A DNA stretch of 64,000 nucleotides from Candidatus Parcubacteria bacterium (GCA_026004535.1 BPJI01000001.1:15915-79914); one strand, 5' to 3'; positions 29,101-37,584 are shown, numbered from the stretch's first letter. Translations and numbers: made by a program. Notes: generated by a model not told the origin, from the sequence alone.

Positions 29101-29372
29101 GCAACCAGATTCTCTAATTTAAGAGTAATTCTTAAAGGAGCAGCGTAATTAACACCATAATATTTTGCTTCTTCTTCAGTAATTTTTGGTTCACCAATTT
29201 CATAATCAACAAAATCTAACTTAAGTTCTTTTTCTGAATAATCATAAATAGGAAAATAATCCTGAAAAACCTTTCTCAATCCTTCACTTAAAAATCGATT
29301 AAATGAGTTTTGTAAATCCTCCAAAAGATATCCTGGCTCTAAATAGGAAAATTTGGAAAAATTTTTGAGCAT
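26166..29372 (-). CDS. rpoB: DNA-directed RNA polymerase subunit beta.
   Basis: Conserved rpoB blocks (GEMEMWAFEAHGA, NLGQILE). 1068 aa. It overlaps rpoC by 4 bp. Confidence 0.9.
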   Translation of the reverse strand: MLKNFSKFSYLEPGYLLEDLQNSFNRFLSEGLRKVFQDYFPIYDYSEKELKLDFVDYEIGEPKITEEEAKYYGVNYAAPLRITLKLENLVAREERTQKIFFGEIPIMTKNCSFIINGIERVIVNQLLRSPGIYFNYLIYGESKKFGAKILPQQGAWLEFQTEPTNVITVRIDRRKKVYATILLKAFGYENNEEILEAFKGIKDEFDLIDNTLKKDETQTKEEALLEIHRKLKSFEPNTYDNAVFYFESTFLNLGRYNLFDIGRYHLNRRLKRNSQSLTLEKEDILETLKEIVRLNNDPLAEADEVDSLYNRRVRDVGELLENQARIGIVRLKKDIQDRMSSVDRTQALMPSQVVYPRKFLNSLIEFFNTSQLSQILDQTNPLAEVEHKRKLTAGGPGGLTKERATLEARDVHPTHYGKICPIHTPVEGQNVGINLAKALYSRRNPYGFLETPYFKVINGKVTNEIVWLTAAEEKEHVIASRFVKIDDKGNILEKDVEARVKGEPTIIEREKVEFIDVSPFQIFSASTSLIPFGEHNDANRAQMGTNMQKQAVPLVKPDIPLVSTGLEEKVARDSGLVLIAEEDGEVIEVDADHITLRVKTARGYSKKVYQLKKFERTSKFTCYNQKPIVKLGQKVKKGDILTDGPAIKDSTLALGQNLLVGFLSWYGYNYEDAIIISERLLKEDIFSSVYLEEFSIDVLDTRLGPEMTTSDIPGVPEAKLKNLDVDGLVRVGTWVKPGDILVGKITPKREVTLTPEEKLLKAIFGEKAEEKKDSSLYLEQGKEGRVIKIRILERSKGEITELGVLKRIFVEIGKLRKIQVGDKLANRHGNKGVISLIAKEEDMPFLPDGRRLDIILNPLGVISRMNLGQILETHLGLAAKKLGYRAVIPPFSGVTPEEIKEELRKAGLPEDGKTMLYDGLTGEPFAQRVVVGYMTVMKLIHMVEDKIHARSSGPYSLITQQPLGGRAQAGGQRVGEMEMWAFEAHGATEILHETLTIKSDDIRGRHLTYERITKGEDVETTSSPAIFNVLINELRGLGLNIEIHYRQEEEKEKSPEIEKVQVKEIKQE

Positions 29373-29456
29373 AAAAAATTAAAACAAGGCTAAAAGCCTC
29401 TTCGCTAAGATTTTTAAAATTTAATTTTTAATTCCCATCTGGGTTTTAATTTTATT

Positions 29457-29486
29457 ATTATACCATAAAAAGATTAACCTTGTCAA
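29457..29486 (-). promoter_or_regulatory. Sigma-70-like promoter upstream of rpoB (TTGACA-18-TATAAT on the gene strand).
   Basis: Reverse complement reads ttgacaaggttaatctttttatggtataat, about 85 nt upstream of the rpoB ATG. Confidence 0.45.
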
Positions 29487-29653
29487 GTACCCCATTTTTG
29501 TATAAATTCATAAATTCCTCAGTTGCGAATTACGAGTTAACGAGTTCATTTTTTTTATATTTTGTATTTGAACTCGGAACTTACGAAGCAAATTCTTTCG
29601 TTGGCGGACCGCGCCCGCCGTAGCCCGATGGAGCTTTAACTACGGAGGGCAAG

Positions 29654-29789
29654 GGCGGAGGTGGTGGGGCTCGAAAACGGTAAGCTCCACGAAAACCATA
29701 ATTATAACAACGCTATTTTGCTCTCGTTCCTGTTTAGTGCTTTTGGTTAGTTAGGTTGTAGTGGGTTCATCGCCCACCCCCAATCCTTG
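29654..29789 (-). ncRNA. tRNA-adjacent conserved element, copy 1 (about 135 nt). It is structured, and its 3' end copies the tRNA-Ser T-loop/acceptor.
   Basis: Core gggtgggcgatgaacccactacaa ... cactaaacaggaacgagag ... cgtggagcttaccgttttcgag. It ends with gagccccaccacctcc. It sits directly 3' of tRNA-Ser. Confidence 0.4.
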
Positions 29790-29874
29790 CGGAGGGGGTG
29801 GGGCTCGAACCCACAAGGCCGCAAGGGCCACCGGTTTTCAAGACCGGCCGATTAGCCAATTCTCGCACCCCTCC
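29790..29874 (-). tRNA. tRNA-Ser (anticodon TGA) with a long variable arm.
   Basis: Reverse complement ggaggggtgcgagaattggctaatcggccggtcttgaaaaccgg..., anticodon loop ctTGAaa, variable arm, T-loop GGTTCGAGCCCC. Confidence 0.75.
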
Positions 29875-30027
29875 ACTATAAATAGCTTCTCAGCTTCATA
29901 GCCTCTCAGCTTTTAAGCTTATTAATTATAACATACTTTACGACTTGGCAAATTTTTTAAAAACAAACTCACTTCTCCTAACTTGATACGATCGTATTTA
30001 AATAGTAGAAATGAAAAATTTATAGGT

Positions 30028-30232
30028 TATCCCGATAGAAACATGATATACTACCCGGATTATTACCGGATATAGTTACCCGGATTATTACCGGATAGAT
30101 TACCCGGATGAATACTGGATATATTAGCATGATGGAAAGTATATAATATTATCCTGATGAAAACCGGATATACTACCCGGATTAGTACTGGATATTAATA
30201 CCATGATGAAAACTATATATTATCTAAAGTAA
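30028..30232. repeat. Phased CCGGATA array c (forward-type units only, as two tandem subarrays). A 15 bp inverted repeat agcttctcagcttca flanks it at 29884 and 30268.
   Basis: Sequence tactacccggattattaccggatatagttacccggattattaccggatagattacccggatg ... a second subarray. Confidence 0.7.
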
Positions 30233-30292
30233 AAATTGAGGACATACGATGTCCCGATATTTTCTTTGAAGCTGAGAAGCTGAGGGATTATT

Positions 30293-31483
30293 TAGTTGCT
30301 TCATACAGGGCCTTTATTTCTTGATCTGATAAAGCACGATTGTAGATGCGAACTTCGTCGATGAGACCTTCAAAACGTTAGTCGAAACTACCTATACAAA
30401 TGAATAAGGATCTAGTATCTATCAATCCTGCTCCGAGCAACTGCAGTTGTATCTCTCTCACCATTTAAAAATTATCATTAGCTGCCATTAAGTGAGATAC
30501 AACATAATGCCATTTACCTAAAGAATCATTAGTATTTCCTAATGATCCAGTATTATAATTCTCCATAGTGTTCACGTTTGCTCTAAGAATTAGCTTCACA
30601 TTATCTTGCCTATAAACTCCAGCTTTCCTTTCAATGCCGTGGCTTACATACAATGTTTTCTGAGTTTTTGACTCCAGCCAGTAACATAAACCAAATGAAT
30701 TGTGATTATGCTATCTTATATCTAAAGTTGAGAATGAGGCACCTCTACATAATCATCCACTCCATCAAAACTTAAAGCTTTGCCTACTTTACCATCAACC
30801 CATTGAGGACCATTATAGAGTGTTCCATTATTATTGTTTCCTGAATAATCATTAGCAATATTTCCAGTTCCTTCATCAAAAGACCAATACCCTACAAGTC
30901 CTTGAGCTTGATCAATGAGTCTTTTATTTGTTCCTACTGAAAATAGATGAGGATAATTATCATTGTCTGTTTTTGAGGCTTGAGACTGAGGATTTTCTAA
31001 TTGAGCATAGAGAGCATAACTTCCTCCAGCAACAAATGCATAGTAATATGGAGGTCTATTGATTGGATCAATGAAAAGTCTAGAAAGATTAATGCTTGAA
31101 AATTGATTAAAAGGAATAGGAATCCAGCCAGTACCATCAATATTTGTTGGAGTTGCTGAGCATCAATATGACCAGCCTGAAGGAAGCTGTGGTAATTGAC
31201 TTATCCATTGACCACAAGTTGATGAAGTATCAGGAAGAGAGATATAGACAACATTTGAGGAAGCATATTGAAGTTCAGAAAAGGTGCCTTGAGTTTCAAA
31301 AAGAATAAGGTCAAATATTTTTTCAAGATTTTTAAGGTCTGAAGTTCTTTGACTATCTCTACCTCTTTTAAAGATATCTGCTGGCTTAATGACAACAATT
31401 AAGACAGTAGCTAAGATAGCTATTAGAGCTAAGACAACTAAGAGTTCAACTAAAGTGAAGGATTTATTCATTTTTTTATTCAT
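30293..31483 (-). pseudogene. Degraded type IV pilin-like gene with a C-terminal LamG/concanavalin-A-like lectin domain.
   Basis: Prepilin N-terminus KSFTLVELLVVLALIAIL. The frame continues through an in-frame TGA at about 31160 into GYWSFDEGTGNIANDYSGNNNNGTLYNGPQWVDGKVGKALSFDGVDDYV. After a frameshift comes ...FEGLIDEVRIYNRALSDQEIKALYEAT*. GC is about 40%, against about 30% around it. Confidence 0.5.
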
Positions 31484-31499
31484 TTGTTAATTTAAGAAT

Positions 31500-31572
31500 T
31501 AATGAATTACGAGTTAACGGGTTATTTAATATTTTTAATTATAACTCGTTAATTCGTTAACTCGTTAATTGA
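31500..31572. promoter_or_regulatory. Inverted pair of the GAATTACGAGTTAACG motif upstream of the pilin pseudogene and downstream of the 101 aa ORF.
   Basis: gaattacgagttaacgggtt ... aactcgttaattcgttaactcgttaatt. The same motif occurs at 29517-29542 and 45478-45505. Confidence 0.35.
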
Positions 31573-31593
31573 GGAATTATTGAATTGGTTTAA

Positions 31594-31899
31594 TTATAAC
31601 ATAAATTTTTTAAAATTTTTTGATTTTGGGTTATAAATCCAGAGTTCGTAAGAAATTTTTTTAGGTTTGGGGAGTTTAAAAATTTTTTTAATTTTATAAG
31701 GTCTTTTTCTTTGTTTTTGAACTTGAATCAATTTTAGTTCTTTTTTATTTAAGGCAATCAAATCAAATAGCCCAAAAATATCTTGGGAATGAAATTTTAC
31801 TCTAACAGGTTTCCAAACTAAAAATTTATCATTTTTCAATTCCTCAAAAGCAATCTTTTCAATTCTCTGTCCCCTTTTCCTTCTTTGTATTTTCATCAA
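31594..31899 (-). CDS. Hypothetical basic protein, possibly a PD-(D/E)xK-like nuclease fold.
   Basis: 101 aa. DIFGLFDLIAL...ELKLIQVQK loosely resembles a D...(D/E)xK motif. It overlaps the rbfA 3' end by 41 bp. Confidence 0.3.
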   Translation of the reverse strand: MMKIQRRKRGQRIEKIAFEELKNDKFLVWKPVRVKFHSQDIFGLFDLIALNKKELKLIQVQKQRKRPYKIKKIFKLPKPKKISYELWIYNPKSKNFKKFML

Positions 31900-32206
31900 T
31901 TAATTTTAAAACTCTTTCAGCTAATTTAAACTCAAATGATGGATAAAAAATAATTTTTGAAGGCAAATATCTTAAATAAACATTTTTTCTAATTTCATCT
32001 TTAATTGTTTTTTGCTTTTTATTTAAATAACCAATAATATTTTCTATATCGTTTTCTGGGAAAACACTTAGATAAACTTTCATCACCCCTCCTTTTTTGG
32101 GTAGTTTTAAATCAACAATCGTTAACAAAACATTTTTCTTTGGATTTAACTTATAAATTATCTCTGATATTTTTCTAATTGTTTCAAACTTTTTGCGTTC
32201 TTTCAT
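31859..32206 (-). CDS. rbfA: Ribosome-binding factor A.
   Basis: NVLLTIVDLKLPKKGGVMKVYLSVFPEND...KDEIRKNVYLRYLPSKIIFYPS matches the RbfA KH-like consensus. Confidence 0.6.
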   Translation of the reverse strand: MKERKKFETIRKISEIIYKLNPKKNVLLTIVDLKLPKKGGVMKVYLSVFPENDIENIIGYLNKKQKTIKDEIRKNVYLRYLPSKIIFYPSFEFKLAERVLKLIDENTKKEKGTEN

Positions 32207-32215
32207 TTTATTTAA

Positions 32216-32572
32216 CGCGGAAGCAGCTGTAAAATATTTTTACCCGGATATTAACCGGATTTAGACCGGATATAATACCCGGATGTGAACCGGATAATAT
32301 TACCCGGATATAGACCGAATATACTACCCAGATATAAACCGGATGATTTATAAAATATTTTTTATCCGGTACTCATCCGGTTAAAACAATCCGGGTGGCT
32401 ATCCGGGTAATCTATTCCGGTAATCATACGGGTAGATATTTTTATCCGGTGTTTATCCGGGTAAAATAATCTGGTAATAGTCCGGGTAAATATATATCCG
32501 GTTGGTTATCCGGGTAACTATATCCGGTAGACCATCCGGGTAGTTAAAACATTTCTGCAGTTGTCAGCTGAT
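32216..32572. repeat. Phased CCGGATA/TATCCGG array d, with cagctg-containing terminal inverted flanks. Array e is its near-identical inverted copy.
   Basis: gcggaagcagctgtaaaatattttt + about 10 forward units + centre tttataaaatatttttt + about 14 reverse units + ttctgcagttgtcagctga. Confidence 0.8.
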
Positions 32573-33766
32573 TTCAATTATTCCAAAATCATTTTTGCCT
32601 TTTTTGATCAAATAAAATCTTTTTAATAAAAAATAAGATTTCACTCCTTTTTGATCAATCAATCTCTTAGCTTCATTTTTTGAATGAACTAAACCTAAAT
32701 CAATCAAATTTTTTTCTAAATTAAATTTATCTTTTTTATAAGGTAAAAATTTTTTCAAAAAATTAATTTCAGCTAAATTTAAATCTTCTGGTTTTGTTTC
32801 AAAAAGAAGTTTTGTTAATTTAATCACATTTTCTTTTTCTTTTTGACCATATAAAAGCTCAACTAACTCTTCGGCTAATGATTTTTGTAAAATTCTAGAA
32901 GCTTTATTTTTTTGCCATTCATTTTCTAATTCTTCAATTTCTTTTAAATCTTTAAAAGAAAAATATCTCATTAAGGTTGGTGTTAAATCATCGGAAACAT
33001 TAAATAAAAATTGATACAATTTAAATGGAGGGGTTTTTTGAGGATCAAGCCAAATATTTTCACCAGCTTCTGTTTTGCCAAATTTTCTTCCTGTTTGGGG
33101 GTCAATCAATAAAGGATAAACTAGGCCATAAGCTTTTTGATTTAATTTTTTTCTTATTAATTCAATTCCTTGAACAATATTACCTAATTGATCAGAACCA
33201 CCAATCTGAACCTGACAATTATATTTTTGAAACAAAACTAAAAAATCATAAGACTGTAATAATTGATAAGTAAATTCGGCAAAAGAAATGCCTTCTTTAG
33301 CTTGAAGTCTCGTTTTAATAAATTCTAAATCAAGCATTGAGTTAACAGGTACAAATTTTCCTATTTCTCTTAAAAATTTGATTAAAGTAATATCCTTAAG
33401 CCACAAAGCATTATCAACTAAAATGACATTTTTCTTATCAAAATCAAAAATTCTTTCTAATTGCTTTCTTATTTTTCTTTTATTAGCCTCAATAACTTCA
33501 ATTGGCAATATCGGTCTTTCTTTTTCTTTACCTGAAGGATCACCAATTAAAGTTGTGCCACCACCTAAAAGTAAAATAACTTTATGACCAAAATTATTAA
33601 TTCTTTTTAAAGTTAAAAGACCCAGTAAATGGCCAAGATGCAAACTATCCCCAGTCAAATCAACTCCAAAATAACAAACTGTTTCTTTTCTAAAAGTCTC
33701 TTCAATGCCCGGTGTTGCTTGATAAATTAAGCCACGAAGTGAAAGTTCATCGATAATAGTTTTCAT
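32564..33766 (-). CDS. tyrS: Tyrosyl-tRNA synthetase.
   Basis: HIGH-type HLGHLLG. KMSKS-type KFGKTE. C-terminal S4-like domain. Confidence 0.85.
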   Translation of the reverse strand: MKTIIDELSLRGLIYQATPGIEETFRKETVCYFGVDLTGDSLHLGHLLGLLTLKRINNFGHKVILLLGGGTTLIGDPSGKEKERPILPIEVIEANKRKIRKQLERIFDFDKKNVILVDNALWLKDITLIKFLREIGKFVPVNSMLDLEFIKTRLQAKEGISFAEFTYQLLQSYDFLVLFQKYNCQVQIGGSDQLGNIVQGIELIRKKLNQKAYGLVYPLLIDPQTGRKFGKTEAGENIWLDPQKTPPFKLYQFLFNVSDDLTPTLMRYFSFKDLKEIEELENEWQKNKASRILQKSLAEELVELLYGQKEKENVIKLTKLLFETKPEDLNLAEINFLKKFLPYKKDKFNLEKNLIDLGLVHSKNEAKRLIDQKGVKSYFLLKRFYLIKKGKNDFGIIEIS

Positions 33767-34236
33767 ATAAGTCGATCAGCTATTTTACTAGCAGCATAAG
33801 ATTCAGGTTTAATTTTGACTTCAAAACCATAGCCACGGATTAAATTAATGATTTCTTTAACAGAAGAGGAACTTTTACCAACTGTACCTAAATCAAGATG
33901 AAGTTCAAATTGAAAAGACAGTTTTCTTTGAGTTAAAATTTTTAAAAGTTCTTGACTGATATTTAAACTCAATAAAGCTTCTTGCCACAATCTTTCATGT
34001 AAACGAAATTTTGAATTACAAATTTTTCTTTGCCAAAAATAACGCGAGCCATAACCAATACGATGAATAACAATAACTGAAACAAAATCAATTTTGTGGT
34101 CAAATATTTCCGAATCAGTACCAACTAAAATACGATAATTAAAATTATTATCAGCCAAAATAAAATCTTCAATTTCTTTAATCAACCTCTCTTTGGTTAA
34201 TTTTTCGCCTTTAGCAGTTTTAAAACCTTCAAGCAT
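33763..34236 (-). CDS. Hypothetical protein, possibly with an RNase H-like fold.
   Basis: 157 aa, ILVGTDSEIFDHKIDFVSVIVIHRIGYGSRYF. No firm family call. Confidence 0.35.
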   Translation of the reverse strand: MLEGFKTAKGEKLTKERLIKEIEDFILADNNFNYRILVGTDSEIFDHKIDFVSVIVIHRIGYGSRYFWQRKICNSKFRLHERLWQEALLSLNISQELLKILTQRKLSFQFELHLDLGTVGKSSSSVKEIINLIRGYGFEVKIKPESYAASKIADRLI

Positions 34237-34251
34237 TAGTTTTATTATAAT

Positions 34252-35295
34252 TTAAACCCTATCTCTTGTCAAACCTTGTAAAATACCTAAAAGCCATAAA
34301 TCAAAAACCAAATAGGAACCACCATAACTTAGAAATGGCACAGGTAAACCAATAATCGGAAAAATACCAAAATTAACTAAAGTTGTTAATAGATATTTAG
34401 CTAAAAAATACTGAGAAATAACAAAAAGAAAATTTTTGGTTAAAGGATTTTTATGAAAATTTTGAGCCTTAATCAACTCATAAATTAAAAGAAAAATAAG
34501 CAAAGAATAAATAATAAAGATGAAAATACCCCTTTCTTCAATTAAAAATGTCAAAATAAAATCAGTCGGAGCAGAAGGCAAAAATCCTAAACGACCAATT
34601 TCTCCTAGACCAATTCCTTTACCAAAAAAGCTACTCGTACCTAAGGAAAGTTTAATTTGTCTTAAATTATAACCGGATTTTAAAGGATCAGTATCAGGAT
34701 TAACAAAAACTAAAATTCTTTCTTTCTGATATTCCTTTAAAACAAAAAACCATAAAAGAAAAAAAATTAAAATCAAGATCACCGAACCGAGAAGAATTTC
34801 TTTCTTGGACAAATAAGAAATTATAACCAAAAGCCAAATTAAAAAGTATAAAAAGGCCATTCCCCAATCAGGCTGAAGTAAAATCAAAATTAAGTAAGGA
34901 ATTAAAGTAATTGAAGAATAAATTAAATAGATTGGATTGATTAAATCAAGCTGATATTTGCTTAAAAAATTTACTAGTAAGAGAAAAAAACCGATTTTAC
35001 TAAATTCGGCTGGTTGAAAAGAAAAACCAAAAATGTTAAACCAACTTTTTAAATGTCCAGGAGTGAAAAGAACTAAAATTAAAATCAAAAAAGAAAGAAA
35101 TATAATTATATAAGAGAAATATTTTTCAAAAAGAAAGCGATAATCAACGAATAGAAAAGAAAAAAATAAGAAAAAACCTATTAGCCAAAAAAGATATTGT
35201 TTATAAAATAAGTCTAAACGATCAAGAGCAAAAAGGGCAGTTAAAGAAATTACCATTAAATTGAGTAAAATTAAAATAATTAATGATTGATTCAT
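34252..35295 (-). CDS. SEDS-family peptidoglycan glycosyltransferase (FtsW/RodA-like). The start is assigned to the internal Met MNQSLIIL.
   Basis: About 9 TM helices. C-terminal region NPDTDPLKSGYNLRQIKLSLGTSSFFGKGIGLG...LPSAPTDFILTFLIEERG matches the SEDS consensus. Confidence 0.7.
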   Translation of the reverse strand: MNQSLIILILLNLMVISLTALFALDRLDLFYKQYLFWLIGFFLFFSFLFVDYRFLFEKYFSYIIIFLSFLILILVLFTPGHLKSWFNIFGFSFQPAEFSKIGFFLLLVNFLSKYQLDLINPIYLIYSSITLIPYLILILLQPDWGMAFLYFLIWLLVIISYLSKKEILLGSVILILIFFLLWFFVLKEYQKERILVFVNPDTDPLKSGYNLRQIKLSLGTSSFFGKGIGLGEIGRLGFLPSAPTDFILTFLIEERGIFIFIIYSLLIFLLIYELIKAQNFHKNPLTKNFLFVISQYFLAKYLLTTLVNFGIFPIIGLPVPFLSYGGSYLVFDLWLLGILQGLTRDRV

Positions 35296-35543
35296 GGCTT
35301 TAAAAGAAAAGTTTAAAAACAAGGAAAAATTAATATTATTATCTATAATTTTGCTTTTAAATTTATTTAGTTTTGGTCTTGGCTTTATTTTAGGGTCGAG
35401 ACTTTTTCTTCCTAATCCAATTATAATCAATGGAATTTCTTTCTAGTGCCTTTGATCTTTTAGGTAAATTTTTATTTTTTCTTTTCCTGATAATTTTTCT
35501 TTCTTATCGTTGGTTAAAAAACTATATCAACAATTTTTGGCTT

Positions 35544-37187
35544 TCAATTTAATTTTTTAAATAAAGGCTCCGGTTTTTGAGTTAACTTAATATTTCTTAA
35601 TAAACCGAAAACAAAATTATCTTGACCAGTTTTTGTTTCTATCTTTAAGTTAAAAAATTGACTCAATTTTTCCATCGCTTGAGGGATAAATGGCCAGAGT
35701 AAAATTCTTAAATTATTAATTATTTGAAAACAAGAGAAAATTATTTCTTCACATTTATTTTTATTTTCATTCAAAAGTTTCCAGGGTTCATTTTTATCCA
35801 AATACTGATTAGCAAAATTTACATAATCTAAAATTAAATTAAAAGTTTTAACCATCTCGCATTTTTCTAAATTTTCTTGATAAAGTTTTAAAGTTTCTTC
35901 AGTTTTTACTAAAACCTCTTGGGTTAGATTTTCATTTTCAATTTTTTGATTTAATTTTTGTTGAAAAAAAATTAAAACCCGATGAATAAAATTACCTATT
36001 TTATCGACCAACTCATTATTGATTGTTTCTTTAAATTCTTGCCACTTAAAATCAGCGTCTTTATTTTCCGGTAAAATCGAAGCAATATAAAATCTAACAT
36101 TCTCGACACCATACTTTTTAGCAATCTCTAAAGAGTCAATATGAATGCCACGACTTTTGGAAAATTTTTTACCTTCTAAAAGTAAAAAATTATTAACAGC
36201 TGGAAAATAAGGTAAATTGTATCCTTTTTCTTGACCAATTAACTGGCCAGGCCAAAAAATAGTATGAAAAATTAAATTATCTTTACCCATAAAATAATAA
36301 TGTCGACAAGAAGAATCAAGCCAAAAATCTTCCCAATCTTTATTGTTTTTTTTTGCCCATTCAACTGAAGCCGAAAAATAACCAATTACCGCCTCAAACC
36401 AAACATAAAATCTTTTATGTTCAATATTATCAATTAAAAAATTAGTTGAAATTTTATTTTTTGGTATTTCAATGCCCCAGTCAATATCCCGAGTAATTGC
36501 TCTTGCTCTTAATCCTTCTTTTAAATAGCCAACTGATTCATTGTAAACCCATTTTCGCCAATGATTAGAATTAAAAACAAAATTCTCAATTTGTTTTTGT
36601 AATTTTGAATAATCAAGAAAATAATGCTCTGTTTCTTTTAAAATAACGCTTGAACCAGTTAATTTACTTTTGGGATTGATTAGTTCTCCTGGTTCTAAGC
36701 TTCGACCACAATTTTCACATTGATCACCTCTCTGTTCTTTAGCTTGACAATGCTTACATTCGCCTTCAACATAACGGTCAGGTAAAAATTTATTTTCTGT
36801 TAGAGAAAAATATTGATAAGATTTTTGTCTACTAATATAACCTTTATTTAATAAATTCAAAAAGAACTCTTGAGTGATTTTTTTATGATTGTCAGTTGTA
36901 GTTGAAGTAAAAAGATCATAAGTTATTTGATAAGTTTGAATTAATTCTAAAACTTTAGGCGTATACTCAGCCACTAAATCTTGAGGAGAAATTTTTCTTT
37001 TATCAGCTTCAATAGTAATTGGTGTTCCATGACAATCTGTACCTGAAACCATCAATGTCTCATAGCCTTTTAATCTACAAAAGCGAGAAAAAATATCAGC
37101 TGGAATTAAATAACCAGCTAAATGACCAACATGTAAATCTCCGTTCACATAAGGCCAAGCTGTACCAATAAAGATTTTTTTTATCAT
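35544..37187 (-). CDS. metG: Methionyl-tRNA synthetase.
   Basis: HVGH (PYVNGDLHVGHL). KMSKS (KFSKSRG). Zn knuckle CKHCQ...CENCG. Confidence 0.85.
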   Translation of the reverse strand: MIKKIFIGTAWPYVNGDLHVGHLAGYLIPADIFSRFCRLKGYETLMVSGTDCHGTPITIEADKRKISPQDLVAEYTPKVLELIQTYQITYDLFTSTTTDNHKKITQEFFLNLLNKGYISRQKSYQYFSLTENKFLPDRYVEGECKHCQAKEQRGDQCENCGRSLEPGELINPKSKLTGSSVILKETEHYFLDYSKLQKQIENFVFNSNHWRKWVYNESVGYLKEGLRARAITRDIDWGIEIPKNKISTNFLIDNIEHKRFYVWFEAVIGYFSASVEWAKKNNKDWEDFWLDSSCRHYYFMGKDNLIFHTIFWPGQLIGQEKGYNLPYFPAVNNFLLLEGKKFSKSRGIHIDSLEIAKKYGVENVRFYIASILPENKDADFKWQEFKETINNELVDKIGNFIHRVLIFFQQKLNQKIENENLTQEVLVKTEETLKLYQENLEKCEMVKTFNLILDYVNFANQYLDKNEPWKLLNENKNKCEEIIFSCFQIINNLRILLWPFIPQAMEKLSQFFNLKIETKTGQDNFVFGLLRNIKLTQKPEPLFKKLN

Positions 37188-37298
37188 TTTTAAAATGGTC
37201 TGTTTTATAATTATTTATATTATAATAAAAACAAGACGTACGACGTTCATTCTGAAACCTAACCACTAAAAGCTGATTAGCCGTAAAGTTTTTTATTT

Positions 37299-37345
37299 GC
37301 TCCTGTAGCTCAATTGGAACAATAGTTGCCTTTCAAGCAAACAAA
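37299..37345 (+). other. tRNA-Arg 5' fragment, a partial duplicate of the downstream intact gene.
   Basis: gctcctgtagctcaattggaa is identical to the first 21 nt of tRNA-Arg at 37512, then diverges. Confidence 0.4.
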
Positions 37346-37511
37346 AGATCGTTTAGCTAAAAAACCCCCGAAAATATATTAATTTTTTGTTTAAATCTTT
37401 TCCTTATAGGAGAAAAAAATAGTAACACAAAATTCATATTTTGTCAATAGCGATTGACTAAAACAAAATTTGCTTTTAAAATCAATGTTTTTATAATATA
37501 ATTAAATTGTT

Positions 37512-37584
37512 GCTCCTGTAGCTCAATTGGAAGAGCGTGTGGCTTCGGACCACAAGGCTGGAGGTTCGAGTCCTCCCAGGAGCA
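37512..37584 (+). tRNA. tRNA-Arg (anticodon TCG).
   Basis: gctcctgtagctcaattggaagagcgtgtggcttcggaccaca..., anticodon loop ctTCGga, T-loop GGTTCGAGTCC. An upstream TTGCTT-17-TATAAT-like promoter is present. Confidence 0.8.

Noticed and set aside
29654-29789. tmRNA (including two-piece tmRNA) as the identity of the tRNA-adjacent element.
   Set aside because: There is no tag-peptide reading frame ending in ...AA-stop. It lacks the conserved tmRNA 5' GGGG...ACG / 3' ...UUCGA...CCACCA ends. Two copies mimic two different tRNAs (Ser and Leu), which a tmRNA would not do.
30293-31483. The in-frame TGA followed by open frame in the pilin-LamG gene suggested a recoded genome, with UGA read as Gly or Trp.
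   Set aside because: rpoB (1068 aa), rpoC (1202 aa), rtcB (1508 aa) and gyrA are uninterrupted in standard translation. A UGA-recoding organism would scatter TGA codons through them. A local lesion (pseudogene or sequencing error) is the simpler explanation.
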